Of a stretch of 64,000 nucleotides of DNA, positions 1-9,030 are shown one piece after another. Position 1 is the first letter of the stretch; each line of letters opens with the position of its first letter. The stretch covers positions 1,792,001-1,856,000 of the forward strand of contig CAWKDB010000010.1 in NCBI GenBank assembly GCA_963848295.1. The letters run 5' to 3'. A program made the translations under genes and the position numbers. The stretch comes from an uncultured delta proteobacterium. Lineage in GTDB: Bacteria; Myxococcota_A; Polyangia; Haliangiales; Haliangiaceae. Under the pieces are notes generated by a model, which saw nothing but the letters and a program-made list of their open reading frames with translations, had not been told where the DNA came from and did not search any database.

Positions 1-1143
1 GTCGCGACCAAGCACGACGCAGAAGAATCGATGCCGTGGGATCTGATGAAGGCCGCGCAGGCTTTCGGCATGACCCAGAGCTCGCTGCTCGACGGCCGCA
101 AGCAGCTGACCGGGGTCGACGAGGATCCCGATCCGAAGAAGCCGAAGATGCAAGCGCGGCTCGCGGTCGCGGCGAGTGAAGAGCTCGCATGGGGCTGCGC
201 CGGCATCGCGCTCGCGCTCGGCGGCTCCGGCCTCGCGTGCGCACCGGTCGCGCGCATGGGCAACGACGAGCAGAAAGACGAGTTCCGCAAGCTGCTCAAA
301 GGCCCCGACGACAAGGGCCACATCAAGGTCGCGGCGATGGCGCTGTCCGAGCCCGGCACCGGCTCCGACATCTCGGGTCTGAAGACCACCGCGCAGCCAG
401 ACGGCGATCACTGGATCATCCGCGGCAGCAAGCAGTGGATCACGAACGGCCAGTCGGCGTCGGTCTACGTCGTGTGGGCGCAGACCGATCCGTCGGCGGG
501 TCGCGCCGGCGTGCGCGGCTTCATCGTCGCGCGTGGCACGCCCGGGCTCGTGCCCGGCAAGAAGGAGACGAAGCTCGGCATCCGCGCCTCGGAGACCGCG
601 CAGGTCCACTTCGAGGACGTCCGCGTCCACAAGGCGATGATGCTCGGCGCGAGCGGCGGTCACGGCGGCGAATCGGCCGGGGGCCTCGCCGACACCAAGA
701 AGATGCTCGACTCGACCCGCCCGGTCGTCGGCTCGCAAGCGGTCGGCATCGCGCGCGCGGCGTTCGAGTTCCTGCTCGAGCGCGTGCGCGGCGGCTCGCT
801 GCACGGCACGCCGATGGCGAACCACCAGCACATCATGTTCGAGCTCGCCGACATGGCGATGGAGATCCAGTCCGCGCGCCTGCTCGCGCAGCGCGCCGCG
901 TGGCTCGCCGATCACCACCAAGACAACGTGATGGACGCGTCGATGGCGAAGGCCCACGGCGCGCGCACCGCGCAAGCGGTCACGACGCGCGCGATGGTCC
1001 TGCTCGGCGAAGAAGCGCTCGAGCCCGGCCATCCCGTCGAGAAGTGGTACCGCGACGCGAAGATCTACGACATCTTCGAAGGCACCGGCCAGATCCAGCG
1101 CCGGATCATCGCGAAGCAGCTGACCGGCCAGAACCCGACGTAG
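1..1143 (+). CDS. Acyl-CoA dehydrogenase (5' end lies outside the window)
   Basis: Frame is open from base 1. Motifs ALSEPGTGSD, GSKQWITNG, KLGIRAS and YRDAKIYDIFEGTGQIQR are typical of ACADs. Confidence 0.93.
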   Translation, partial: VATKHDAEESMPWDLMKAAQAFGMTQSSLLDGRKQLTGVDEDPDPKKPKMQARLAVAASEELAWGCAGIALALGGSGLACAPVARMGNDEQKDEFRKLLKGPDDKGHIKVAAMALSEPGTGSDISGLKTTAQPDGDHWIIRGSKQWITNGQSASVYVVWAQTDPSAGRAGVRGFIVARGTPGLVPGKKETKLGIRASETAQVHFEDVRVHKAMMLGASGGHGGESAGGLADTKKMLDSTRPVVGSQAVGIARAAFEFLLERVRGGSLHGTPMANHQHIMFELADMAMEIQSARLLAQRAAWLADHHQDNVMDASMAKAHGARTAQAVTTRAMVLLGEEALEPGHPVEKWYRDAKIYDIFEGTGQIQRRIIAKQLTGQNPT

Positions 1144-1145
1144 GG

Positions 1146-1252
1146 TTCGCGCCACATTCTGGCGCGAATCCAATGATTCGCGCCACTTGATCTGTAAGAT
1201 TCTAGTTTTATTAAGATAATAATGGCGCGATTCGGCTGATTCGCGCCAGAAT
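1146..1252. promoter_or_regulatory. Array of TTCGCGCCA/TGGCGCGAA half-sites around an AT-rich core upstream of the Fic gene (probable operators)
   Basis: Half-sites at 1146, 1160, 1175, 1223 and 1238. Perfect 15-bp inverted repeat 1156-1170 / 1238-1252. Confidence 0.65.
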
Positions 1253-1257
1253 AGCCC

Positions 1258-2622
1258 GTGGCCCGTCCCGGCGATCCGAACGCGTTCGAGGAGATTCTCG
1301 AGGCACTCCGGCGTCATCCAGCAGGTGCTGCGATGGAACAGCTCGCCGCTCTCACCAAGACTCCTCGTCGGACGCTGCAGCGGAGATTGGCCGAGCTGAT
1401 CGAGAGTGACCGCGTCCGTGCAATCGGGAACCGCAAGGAGCGCCGGTATCAAGTCACAGACGCTGAGCAGAGCAGCTCCGAAGAGCTGTCGGTCTCGCGC
1501 TCGGGACGAGAGGTTCGCGCCTCGGTCCGACGACCGCTGATCGAACGCATCCCGGTCGGCTACGTCACCAGCTTCCTGGAAGGCTATCGCCCGAATCGGG
1601 ACTTCTATCTCGGTGCGTCCATGCGCTCGCGACTACATGACTTGGGTCGTGCGCCCGGCGTCGAGCGTCCTGCAGGCACGTACGCACGGCAGATCCTGAA
1701 CCGGCTGCTGATCGACCTGTCATGGGCTTCGAGCCGGCTCGAAGGCAACACGTACACGCGGCTCGACACGCAGAATCTAATCGAGCTCGGCAGGCGCGCG
1801 CCCGGCAAGGACCAACGCGAAGCCCAGATGATCCTGAACCACAAAGCCGCGATCGAGATGCTCGTGAACAACGTCGAGGAGGTTCGCTTCGATCGCTACA
1901 CGATCTGCAACCTGCACGCGCTGCTCGCCGACAATCTCCTGGCCGATCCATCCGCGGCGGGTCGGATCCGCAAGATCGATGTTGGGATCTCGGGAACGGT
2001 CTATCAGCCGCTGGCGATCCCGCAGCAGCTGGAGCACCTCTTCGACCTGTTGCTCGAAAAGGCGTCGGAGATCTCGGATCCATTCGAGCAGGCGTTCTTC
2101 GCAATGGTCCACCTGCCGTACCTCCAACCATTCGAGGATGTAAACAAACGCGTCTCGCGGCTCGCGGCAAACATCCCGTTCCTGAAGCACAACCTTGCGC
2201 CGCTATCGTTCGTAGACGTGCCGAACCGCGACTACGTCGACGGACTGCTCGGCGTCTACGAGCTCCAGAAGGTGGACCTACTACGCGACGTTTTCTCCTG
2301 GGCGTACGAACGATCGTGCCAACGCTACACGGTCGCCCGCGACGTGGTTCCACAACCCGATCCGATGCGCCTGCGAAACCGCGAACAGCTCGCTGAGGTC
2401 GTGAACACGATCGTCCGAGATGATCTGCCGATCGACGACGCGAGGATCCGAGCCATCGCCGCGACGATCGTGGCTCCGGAAGATCTCGAGGACTTCGTCG
2501 CCATGACGGTCAGCGAGCTGAGCGGCTTGCACGAGGGCAACATCGCGCGTTACCGGTTGCGCCTGAGCGAGCTCCGTCGCTGGCGCGGGAAGCTGTCCCT
2601 TGACGATAAAGCCCATTCGTAG
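1258..2622 (+). CDS. Fic-domain protein with N-terminal HTH
   Basis: SSRLEGN and Fic-like motif YLQPFEDVNKRVSR. N-terminal RRTLQRRLAEL resembles a wHTH. Confidence 0.88.
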   Translation: MARPGDPNAFEEILEALRRHPAGAAMEQLAALTKTPRRTLQRRLAELIESDRVRAIGNRKERRYQVTDAEQSSSEELSVSRSGREVRASVRRPLIERIPVGYVTSFLEGYRPNRDFYLGASMRSRLHDLGRAPGVERPAGTYARQILNRLLIDLSWASSRLEGNTYTRLDTQNLIELGRRAPGKDQREAQMILNHKAAIEMLVNNVEEVRFDRYTICNLHALLADNLLADPSAAGRIRKIDVGISGTVYQPLAIPQQLEHLFDLLLEKASEISDPFEQAFFAMVHLPYLQPFEDVNKRVSRLAANIPFLKHNLAPLSFVDVPNRDYVDGLLGVYELQKVDLLRDVFSWAYERSCQRYTVARDVVPQPDPMRLRNREQLAEVVNTIVRDDLPIDDARIRAIAATIVAPEDLEDFVAMTVSELSGLHEGNIARYRLRLSELRRWRGKLSLDDKAHS

Positions 2623-2754
2623 CGGCGCCGCGAGCTAGCAGGCTGTGCGGTCTGGCACGTTGCAGCAGCGTCGCGCCATTGTGGCATTTTGCCGTTCCAC
2701 GCCGAGCATCCTCTTGATAGGGTCCGCCGCAAATCGGAACCCTGAAGAGGCAAC

Positions 2755-4167
2755 ATGACTAAGTTTGGAACGATCGTTCTCGTCCTCGGTATCGCGGCTG
2801 CTGGCTGCAGCAGCGATGACAAGACCACCCCGACCGCCAGCGGCGTGTTCCCGGCGAGCGGCTTCGCGGGACGCACGGTGCGCGTCGAGATCAGCGGCGA
2901 TGCGACCAACTGGACCGACGGCGCGACCGTCGACTTCGGCGCCGGCATCACCGCTTCGAACGTGACGGTCGCGAGCCCGACCGATATCTTCGCAGACATC
3001 GCGATCGATCCGACCGCGACCGCCGGCCTCAACGATGTGACGGTGACCAGCGGTGGCACGTTCACGCTGACACAGGCGTTCGAGATCGACTCGGCGATCG
3101 ACATCGGAACGACGACGCTGAGGCAGGGATCGCTGGCAACGTTGACGATCCAGAACCACGACATCGAGCACCCATTCGACGCGACGTCCTCGGGTACCGA
3201 TCCCAACACCGGCGCTACTATTTATTCGAACATCGCGCTGACGGGTCCGGCCGGCTTGACGTTCATCGTCAATTCCGTCGCCGACAACCAAATCAGCGTC
3301 TTCACCGAGGTCGACCTCGACGCCGCAGCTAGCGGAACGCTGACTCTCGCGAGTGGCCCTGCAGCGGGCACGCCGATCACGTCGGAGATCCCGCTGACGG
3401 TTGCCGCGACGACACCCGTCGCGCTCAGCGGTACTGCCACCGGTATGATCGCGTCTCCGGGCGACCTGACCGCGTACACGATCACCGCGGCGGGCAGCCC
3501 GTCGGAGATCGACTTCGTTACTCCGCCGCCGTCGGACGCCGCCGCGCTTGCTAGCGTGTACGTGCTCGGGCCGTCCGGGCACTGGAGCGACTTTGTGACC
3601 ACGAACTTCGAGTCGTCGTTCTTCGGCGACTTCACGCTCGGCTCGGTGGGCCTGCTCGCCCCGACGGGTGGGACGTACTACGCGATCATGATGGACGCTG
3701 GCACCGAGTCGGGCTACTCGTACACGATCACGGGCCATACCGCGACGTTCACCGACGTCGCTGAGACCGGCGCCGGTGGCGACGCTGGCTCGACGGTCGG
3801 CACCGCTGAAGCGGTTGCAATGCTCCCGGGCCTCGTCACCCCGGCGACGCTCGGCACCAATGACGCTGGTGACTGGTACAAGTTCACGACCGGCACCCAA
3901 GGCATGTACGTCCATGCGGTGACGTTCGGCGACGACGGCACCGACACCGCGATCGAGATCGACGACCTCGCGACGTGCGACGCCAACAACGCAATCTCGT
4001 CTGACCCCAACACCGGCGACCCCGTTGTCGACGACTTCAATAACGAAGACACCGTCGCGGGCCCGCTCTCGAGCACCGGCTTCTGCGTCAAGGTCACACA
4101 GGGATCGGAGTTCTCGTCGGCCAACAACGACTACCAGCTCGCCGTCTGGCTCGAAGCCGCCGAATAA
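2755..4167 (+). CDS. Acidic surface lipoprotein with Ig-like (IPT/TIG-type) and PPC-like beta domains
   Basis: GAGG RBS, lipobox AAGC, VDFGAGIT..VTV Ig-type segment, DWYKF segment. Confidence 0.7.
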   Translation: MTKFGTIVLVLGIAAAGCSSDDKTTPTASGVFPASGFAGRTVRVEISGDATNWTDGATVDFGAGITASNVTVASPTDIFADIAIDPTATAGLNDVTVTSGGTFTLTQAFEIDSAIDIGTTTLRQGSLATLTIQNHDIEHPFDATSSGTDPNTGATIYSNIALTGPAGLTFIVNSVADNQISVFTEVDLDAAASGTLTLASGPAAGTPITSEIPLTVAATTPVALSGTATGMIASPGDLTAYTITAAGSPSEIDFVTPPPSDAAALASVYVLGPSGHWSDFVTTNFESSFFGDFTLGSVGLLAPTGGTYYAIMMDAGTESGYSYTITGHTATFTDVAETGAGGDAGSTVGTAEAVAMLPGLVTPATLGTNDAGDWYKFTTGTQGMYVHAVTFGDDGTDTAIEIDDLATCDANNAISSDPNTGDPVVDDFNNEDTVAGPLSSTGFCVKVTQGSEFSSANNDYQLAVWLEAAE

Positions 4168-4191
4168 CGCGTCGTCGCTGACGACTCAACG

Positions 4192-4214
4192 CCCCGCCCC
4201 ATCGGCGGGGTTTT
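4192..4214 (+). terminator. Rho-independent terminator
   Basis: CCCCGCC-ccatc-GGCGGGG-TTTT, 25 nt after the stop codon, between convergent genes. Confidence 0.8.
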
Positions 4215-4225
4215 GTATTTTCGGC

Positions 4226-5761
4226 TCAGTCCGGCGGCGCGCACGTCAGGCTCGCGCCCGCGTGATAGAGCGGATCCTGATACGCGATCGTGTTGTCGAT
4301 CGCGGTGGCGCTGGTCAGCGTGACGACGGTCGAGCCGCCGCGCACGAGCTTGAACGTCGGGGTGCCCTCGACCAGCGGGATCGTGAACGACTGGATGCCG
4401 GCGGGCACGTCGAGGGTCTGGGTCGTCGCGCCGACGTCGATCTCGAGCGTGCCGGGCGCGGTCAGAAAGCCTACGACCTCGATGTCGTTCGCCATCGTCG
4501 AGCCGTTGACCGCCGTGAACGGCATCGTCTGCATCGCCGACGGCGGCGCGACCGTCGGGTCCATGCTGTGGGCGCGATGGAAGTAGTACAGCGCATCGCG
4601 CTCGATCGGCGGTTGCGCGCCGGTCTTGAGCCAGGTCGTGTAGTAACCGGACAGATCGTAGAACGCGTCGTTGGTCTGCGACGACGGCGAGATCTCGCTG
4701 TCCTCGGAGTAGTCGTTCCAGGTCACGAGCTGGATCCAATCGGCGCCGCCGGTGATCGCCGCGTCCCACTGCGCGCGAAACGCGGCGGAGTTGTTAGCCT
4801 CGGTGAAGTTGAAGTCCTTCGGCCGGCTGTCTTGCGGCGCGACCGGGCCCATCCATAGCAAGCCCGCCGCGTGGACCTGCGCCGGCACGTCGTGCAGGCC
4901 GGCCGCGCCCGCGACGGTGCGCACGCCCCACGACGACGCGCCGTACAGCGGCACGCCATCGAACGACGCCGCATTCTAGCCGCCGACCGGCATCGGGATC
5001 AGCGCGAGGTCGTAGCCCGCGGTCGATGCGGACTGCAGCACGCCATTCCAGAAAGCGGCGCTGCGCGCATCGGCGGCGAACGCCGACACCACGAGCTTGC
5101 CGTCCGCGGTGCGCAGCAGCGACGGATCGTGACCGACCGCCGCGAGCGTCGTCATGATGCCGGCGCTCGCCGTGTCGTCGGTGCCGCCGCCGCCACCGAA
5201 GGCCGCCGCGGTCATGTCGAACACGAGCTGCACGCGGAAGTCGGGCGCGACGTTCGGGATCGCCGCGAGGATCTTGACGAGCCGCGTCCAGTTCGGCTGG
5301 GTCGTCGTCGTGGTCAGCAGATCGAACGTGAAGCCGTCGAGCCCGATCGCGGACGCGCGCTGGAGCTCGATCGCGAGGTTCGCCGCGTCGTAGTCGACAT
5401 CGGTCGGCCACGGCGTCTGCGGCAGCGGGCGCTCGCGCAAGTAGCCGCCGTACGCGAGGTGCTTGCCGGCTTCGCCGTCGGGCGCGAGGAACTGCGTCGT
5501 GTAGTAGTCGGTCGCGGCGGGCTTGTTGTCGATCGAGATCGGAAACGGCGCGAAGTAGTGCGCGAACACCTTGTGCGGCGAGGCGTGCAACGTCGCGAGC
5601 GACGGCTGATCGTAAGGCCAGCACGGCGTGCTCGAGACCGCGGCATCGATCGCCGTGGCGCTATCGGCACTGCCCGCGGCCGCATCGGGCACCGCATCCA
5701 TCGAGTGCGAGCCGCAGCCGGCCAAGACGAGCGCGGCGGACAGCGCGATTCGCTTCTGCAT
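4226..5761 (-). pseudogene. GH71-family endo-alpha-1,3-glucanase lipoprotein interrupted by an in-frame TAG at 4976-4978
   Basis: Lipobox LAGC; motifs KVFAHY, GLDGFTFD and QLVTWNDYSE. The two ORF-track pieces are in the same frame (PVGG*NAASFDGVPLYG). Confidence 0.75.
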
Positions 5762-5822
5762 CACCCGATAATCGCCGCCCCCGCCTGCCTCCGTGCGCCA
5801 ATCGACGTCGCGCCTCGCGCCA

Positions 5823-6434
5823 TCAACCGCCGCGCAAACGGCGGTACATGGCCACGAGGTCCGAGCGCTCGAGCGCGCGATCGAGCTGCTCGAGCAGCGC
5901 GACGATGAGCCTGCTGTCGATGTCTTTGCGCCGCGCGAGGAGCTGGCGAACGTCCTCGACATCCTTCTCGCGCCCCGCGAGCAACTTCGTGACGATGAGG
6001 TTCTCGACCGAGAGGACCGGGATCATGCGATTCGCGCTGCGGTGGAGCTCGACCTCGTCGAGAAACCGCTGTTCCAAGCCGGGACCGGCCAGCACGAGGT
6101 CGACGGGTAGCTTGGTCGCACGATGGACGACGGGAATCACGCGCGCCGCTGCGATGAATTCATCGTCAGAAAACCGCGCGGCGAACCCCGCTCGATCGAG
6201 CTGGCGCACGAATGTCCGCGGCGAGAGTTTCCCGAGCTCGATCGTCAGATCGAGATCCGCGGTCGTGCGCGGGAACCCCTGGAAATTGACCGCTTGCGCG
6301 CCGAACACGTACCAGCGAATTCCCAGCCGCTTCGCGAGATCAGCGAACGCGCGGAGTGCGCTTTCGTACGGGGCGCGGCGCGGTGCGGGCGAGCGCCTCC
6401 GCGACGCGCTTGTGGGTTTCGAAGTCTTCGTCAC
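5823..6434 (-). CDS. Nucleotidyltransferase (DUF6036/AbiEii-like)
   Basis: GAQAV..G.PRTTADLD metal-binding motif and C-terminal KLLAGREKDVED. Confidence 0.78.
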   Translation of the reverse strand: MTKTSKPTSASRRRSPAPRRAPYESALRAFADLAKRLGIRWYVFGAQAVNFQGFPRTTADLDLTIELGKLSPRTFVRQLDRAGFAARFSDDEFIAAARVIPVVHRATKLPVDLVLAGPGLEQRFLDEVELHRSANRMIPVLSVENLIVTKLLAGREKDVEDVRQLLARRKDIDSRLIVALLEQLDRALERSDLVAMYRRLRGG

Positions 6435-6738
6435 GGTCTTGCGAAGTTGGCCAACTCGGGTGGCGCGCGCGCATCCACTCGTACAGCTGATCGGTCACCC
6501 GGAGCGCCTCCGCCAGGCCACCACGATCCAGACGCTCGCGCCAGTAGTTACGCTTGCCCTCGCGGAGCCCCGCCCAGTCTCGGCCGACGTACGCCCGGAC
6601 CGATGCGGGATCGATTTCGCGAGCCGCGGAAGTGAGACGAGCGTGGTGGCCACGCCCTGGCCGTCGACGAAACCGCTGATCGTCGAGCTCGGGCATGTCT
6701 GCGAGAGACTCGGGGCTGGGTTCATCGGGGTTCTTCAT
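6340..6738 (-). CDS. Small helical partner protein upstream of the nucleotidyltransferase (candidate antitoxin)
   Basis: ATG at 6738, overlaps the NTase start, contains RDWAGL..K..YW and WMRARHPSWP. Confidence 0.6.
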   Translation of the reverse strand: MKNPDEPSPESLADMPELDDQRFRRRPGRGHHARLTSAAREIDPASVRAYVGRDWAGLREGKRNYWRERLDRGGLAEALRVTDQLYEWMRARHPSWPTSQDRDEDFETHKRVAEALARTAPRPVRKRTPRVR

Positions 6739-6856
6739 AACGCCGCCGTGCATGTCGAGTTTACCAGCACTCGGACGGGCCGAGCGCCGCCGCGATTCGG
6801 CCCGGTAGGCATCAATTAGACCCTGGGCCGTCGCTGGGTTACGATTTTCACGCGTC

Positions 6857-8476
6857 ATGGGCGTCGCGCTAGGCATCGATCTGGGGACCACGAACTCGTG
6901 CGCGGCCGTCGCGACCGCGACCGGCGTCGAGTTCATCCTCGGCCCCAAGGGCGAGCGCGTGCATCCGTCGGTCGTCGCGTTCCCGAACGCGGGCGACGTC
7001 GTGGTCGGCGCCGACGCGAAGCGCTACCGCCTGACCGAGCCGATGAACGTCATCCACTCGGCGAAGCGGTTCATCGGCCAGAACATCCGCGCGCCGCTGG
7101 TCCAGCTCGCGATGACCGGCGTCCGCTACAAGATCGCCGAGGGTCCGAACCAGGCGCCGATCGCGCTGGTCCGCGACCGCCGGTTGACGATGCCCGAGGT
7201 GTCGTCGCACGTGCTGATCAACTTGCGCCGCAACGCCGAGCGCCAGCTCGGCCAGCCGGTGCCGGACGCGGTGATCACCGTGCCCGCGAACTTCACCGAC
7301 GCGCAACGCACCGCGACCAAAGAAGCGGGCCGGCTCGCCGGCTTGAACGTCACGCGGTTGATCAACGAGCCGACGGCCGCCGCGGTCGCGTACGGCTTCG
7401 GCAAGGAGCGCGATCAGCTGATCTGCGTGTTCGACTTCGGCGGCGGCACGTTCGACGCGAGCATCCTGAAGCTCAAGGGCGAGGTGTTCGAGGTGCTCGC
7501 CTCGGACGGCGACTTCTTCCTCGGCGGCGATGACCTCGATCGCGCGCTCGCCGAGGTGCTCGCCGCGGAGTGCAACCGCACGCTCAACTTCGATCCGCGC
7601 CAGAACCCGGTGCTGATGATGAAGCTGACGATGGCGGCCGAGGCGATCAAGTGCCATCTATCGGAGGCCGGCGCCGCCGAGGGCGAGATCGATGGCATCG
7701 ACTTGCCGAACGGCCAGGTCTCGTCGCTGCCGTTCTCGCTGACCCGCGAGCAGTTCGAAGAGCTGGTCGGCGGCATCGTCCAGCGCACGATCGACGTCAC
7801 GCGCCAGGTGATCGCGCAGTCGCGGCTGTCGACGTCGGCGATCAGCGAGATCTTGTGCGTCGGCGGATCGACGCGCATCCCGCTGGTCCGGCAACGGCTC
7901 GCCGAGCTGTTCGGCAAGCCGCCGAACGTCAGCATCAACCCGGACGAGGTCGTCGCGCAGGGCGCCGCGATCCAGGCCGGCAGCTTGTCGGGCTCGCTGT
8001 CGGCCGGCACCGGGATGGGCGTGCAAGACGCGGTGCCGACCGCCGCGCTGTCGCCGCTGGTCCATCGCAACGCGCAGCAGATCACCGCGGTCAAGCGCCC
8101 GGTGCTGCTCGACGTCAACCCGGCGACGCTGTCGATCCAGACCGCGGGCGGCTTCGCCGACCGCCTGCTCGAGAAGAACTCGCCGATCCCGATCGAGCGG
8201 TCGCGCGTGTTCACGACCGCGCGCGATGGCCAGACCCGGGTCGAGATCGATTGCTGCCGGGGCGAGTCGCGGCGCTACGCGGAGAACGAGCCGCTCGGCA
8301 AGCTCGTGCTCGACAACCTGCCGGCGAAGCCGCGCGGCGATCTGAAGATCGAGGTGTCGTTCCGCGTCGATCCCGACGGGATCTTGCACGTCAGCGCGGC
8401 CGACGCCGAATCGGGCGCGCGCCAAGAGGCACATCTGGTGATGTTGGGCGCTCCCGTGGAGGCCGAGGCGTCGTGA
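6857..8476 (+). CDS. Hsp70/DnaK-family paralog without the C-terminal helical lid
   Basis: GIDLGTTNS, VITVPANF, INEPTAAA, DFGGGTFD, VGGSTRIP, NPDEVVAQGAA and VLLDV linker. The ORF ends right after the SBD-beta domain. Confidence 0.92.
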   Translation: MGVALGIDLGTTNSCAAVATATGVEFILGPKGERVHPSVVAFPNAGDVVVGADAKRYRLTEPMNVIHSAKRFIGQNIRAPLVQLAMTGVRYKIAEGPNQAPIALVRDRRLTMPEVSSHVLINLRRNAERQLGQPVPDAVITVPANFTDAQRTATKEAGRLAGLNVTRLINEPTAAAVAYGFGKERDQLICVFDFGGGTFDASILKLKGEVFEVLASDGDFFLGGDDLDRALAEVLAAECNRTLNFDPRQNPVLMMKLTMAAEAIKCHLSEAGAAEGEIDGIDLPNGQVSSLPFSLTREQFEELVGGIVQRTIDVTRQVIAQSRLSTSAISEILCVGGSTRIPLVRQRLAELFGKPPNVSINPDEVVAQGAAIQAGSLSGSLSAGTGMGVQDAVPTAALSPLVHRNAQQITAVKRPVLLDVNPATLSIQTAGGFADRLLEKNSPIPIERSRVFTTARDGQTRVEIDCCRGESRRYAENEPLGKLVLDNLPAKPRGDLKIEVSFRVDPDGILHVSAADAESGARQEAHLVMLGAPVEAEAS

Positions 8477-8958
8477 GCACGCGGTCGGATGTGTTGATGT
8501 GGGCGCAACGCGTCGTCGGCCGCAAGCACCCGCAGCCGCACGAGCTGCTCGGCATCCCGGCCGGCTCGGGGCTGGACGCCGCGCAAGCCGCGTTTCACAA
8601 GATCGCGCAGCAGGCGCACCCGGATCTGCATCGCACCGGGCTGTCCGAAGACGAGCTCGAGTTGGTGACGACCGCGTACGCGATCGTCGCCGGTGCATAT
8701 CAAGAGTTCCGCACGAAGTCCGGCGCCGACCGCGACGTGCCGGTCACGCCGTCGGGCGCTGCGCCGATCGCGAACGCCGCGCAATCGATGTCGAGCAAGG
8801 CACTGGTCTACTACCGCAAGGCCGAGTCGTCGCTCCGCCGCGGCGATCTGAAGGGCGCGCTGCTCCAGCTCAAGATGGCGATCGCGGCGGACCCACACAG
8901 CCCGTTCCTGCGCACCGCGATCGCGGAAGTTGAATCCGAAGTACGCAAGATTCCTTGA
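8473..8958 (+). CDS. J-domain protein with C-terminal TPR
   Basis: GTG overlaps the Hsp70 stop (GTGA). Contains ELLGI...AFHKIAQQAHPD and a TPR-like YYRKAESSLRRGDLKGA...AADP. Confidence 0.82.
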   Translation: MSTRSDVLMWAQRVVGRKHPQPHELLGIPAGSGLDAAQAAFHKIAQQAHPDLHRTGLSEDELELVTTAYAIVAGAYQEFRTKSGADRDVPVTPSGAAPIANAAQSMSSKALVYYRKAESSLRRGDLKGALLQLKMAIAADPHSPFLRTAIAEVESEVRKIP

Positions 8959-9030
8959 GCTCCGGTCCGACCGAGATCTCGACGCAAATTCGCTATGCGA
9001 TCCAAGTGACGCGTGTAAGGTACGCGGCAA

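Noticed and set aside
2653..2667. TGGCACG sigma54-like element upstream of the 2755 lipoprotein
   Set aside because: The GC lies one base short of the obligatory GG-N10-GC spacing.
4976..4978. Pyrrolysine or genetic-code reassignment of TAG
   Set aside because: TAG is the normal stop for many genes here (e.g. 1143, 10164, 52058) and no pyl genes are in the window.
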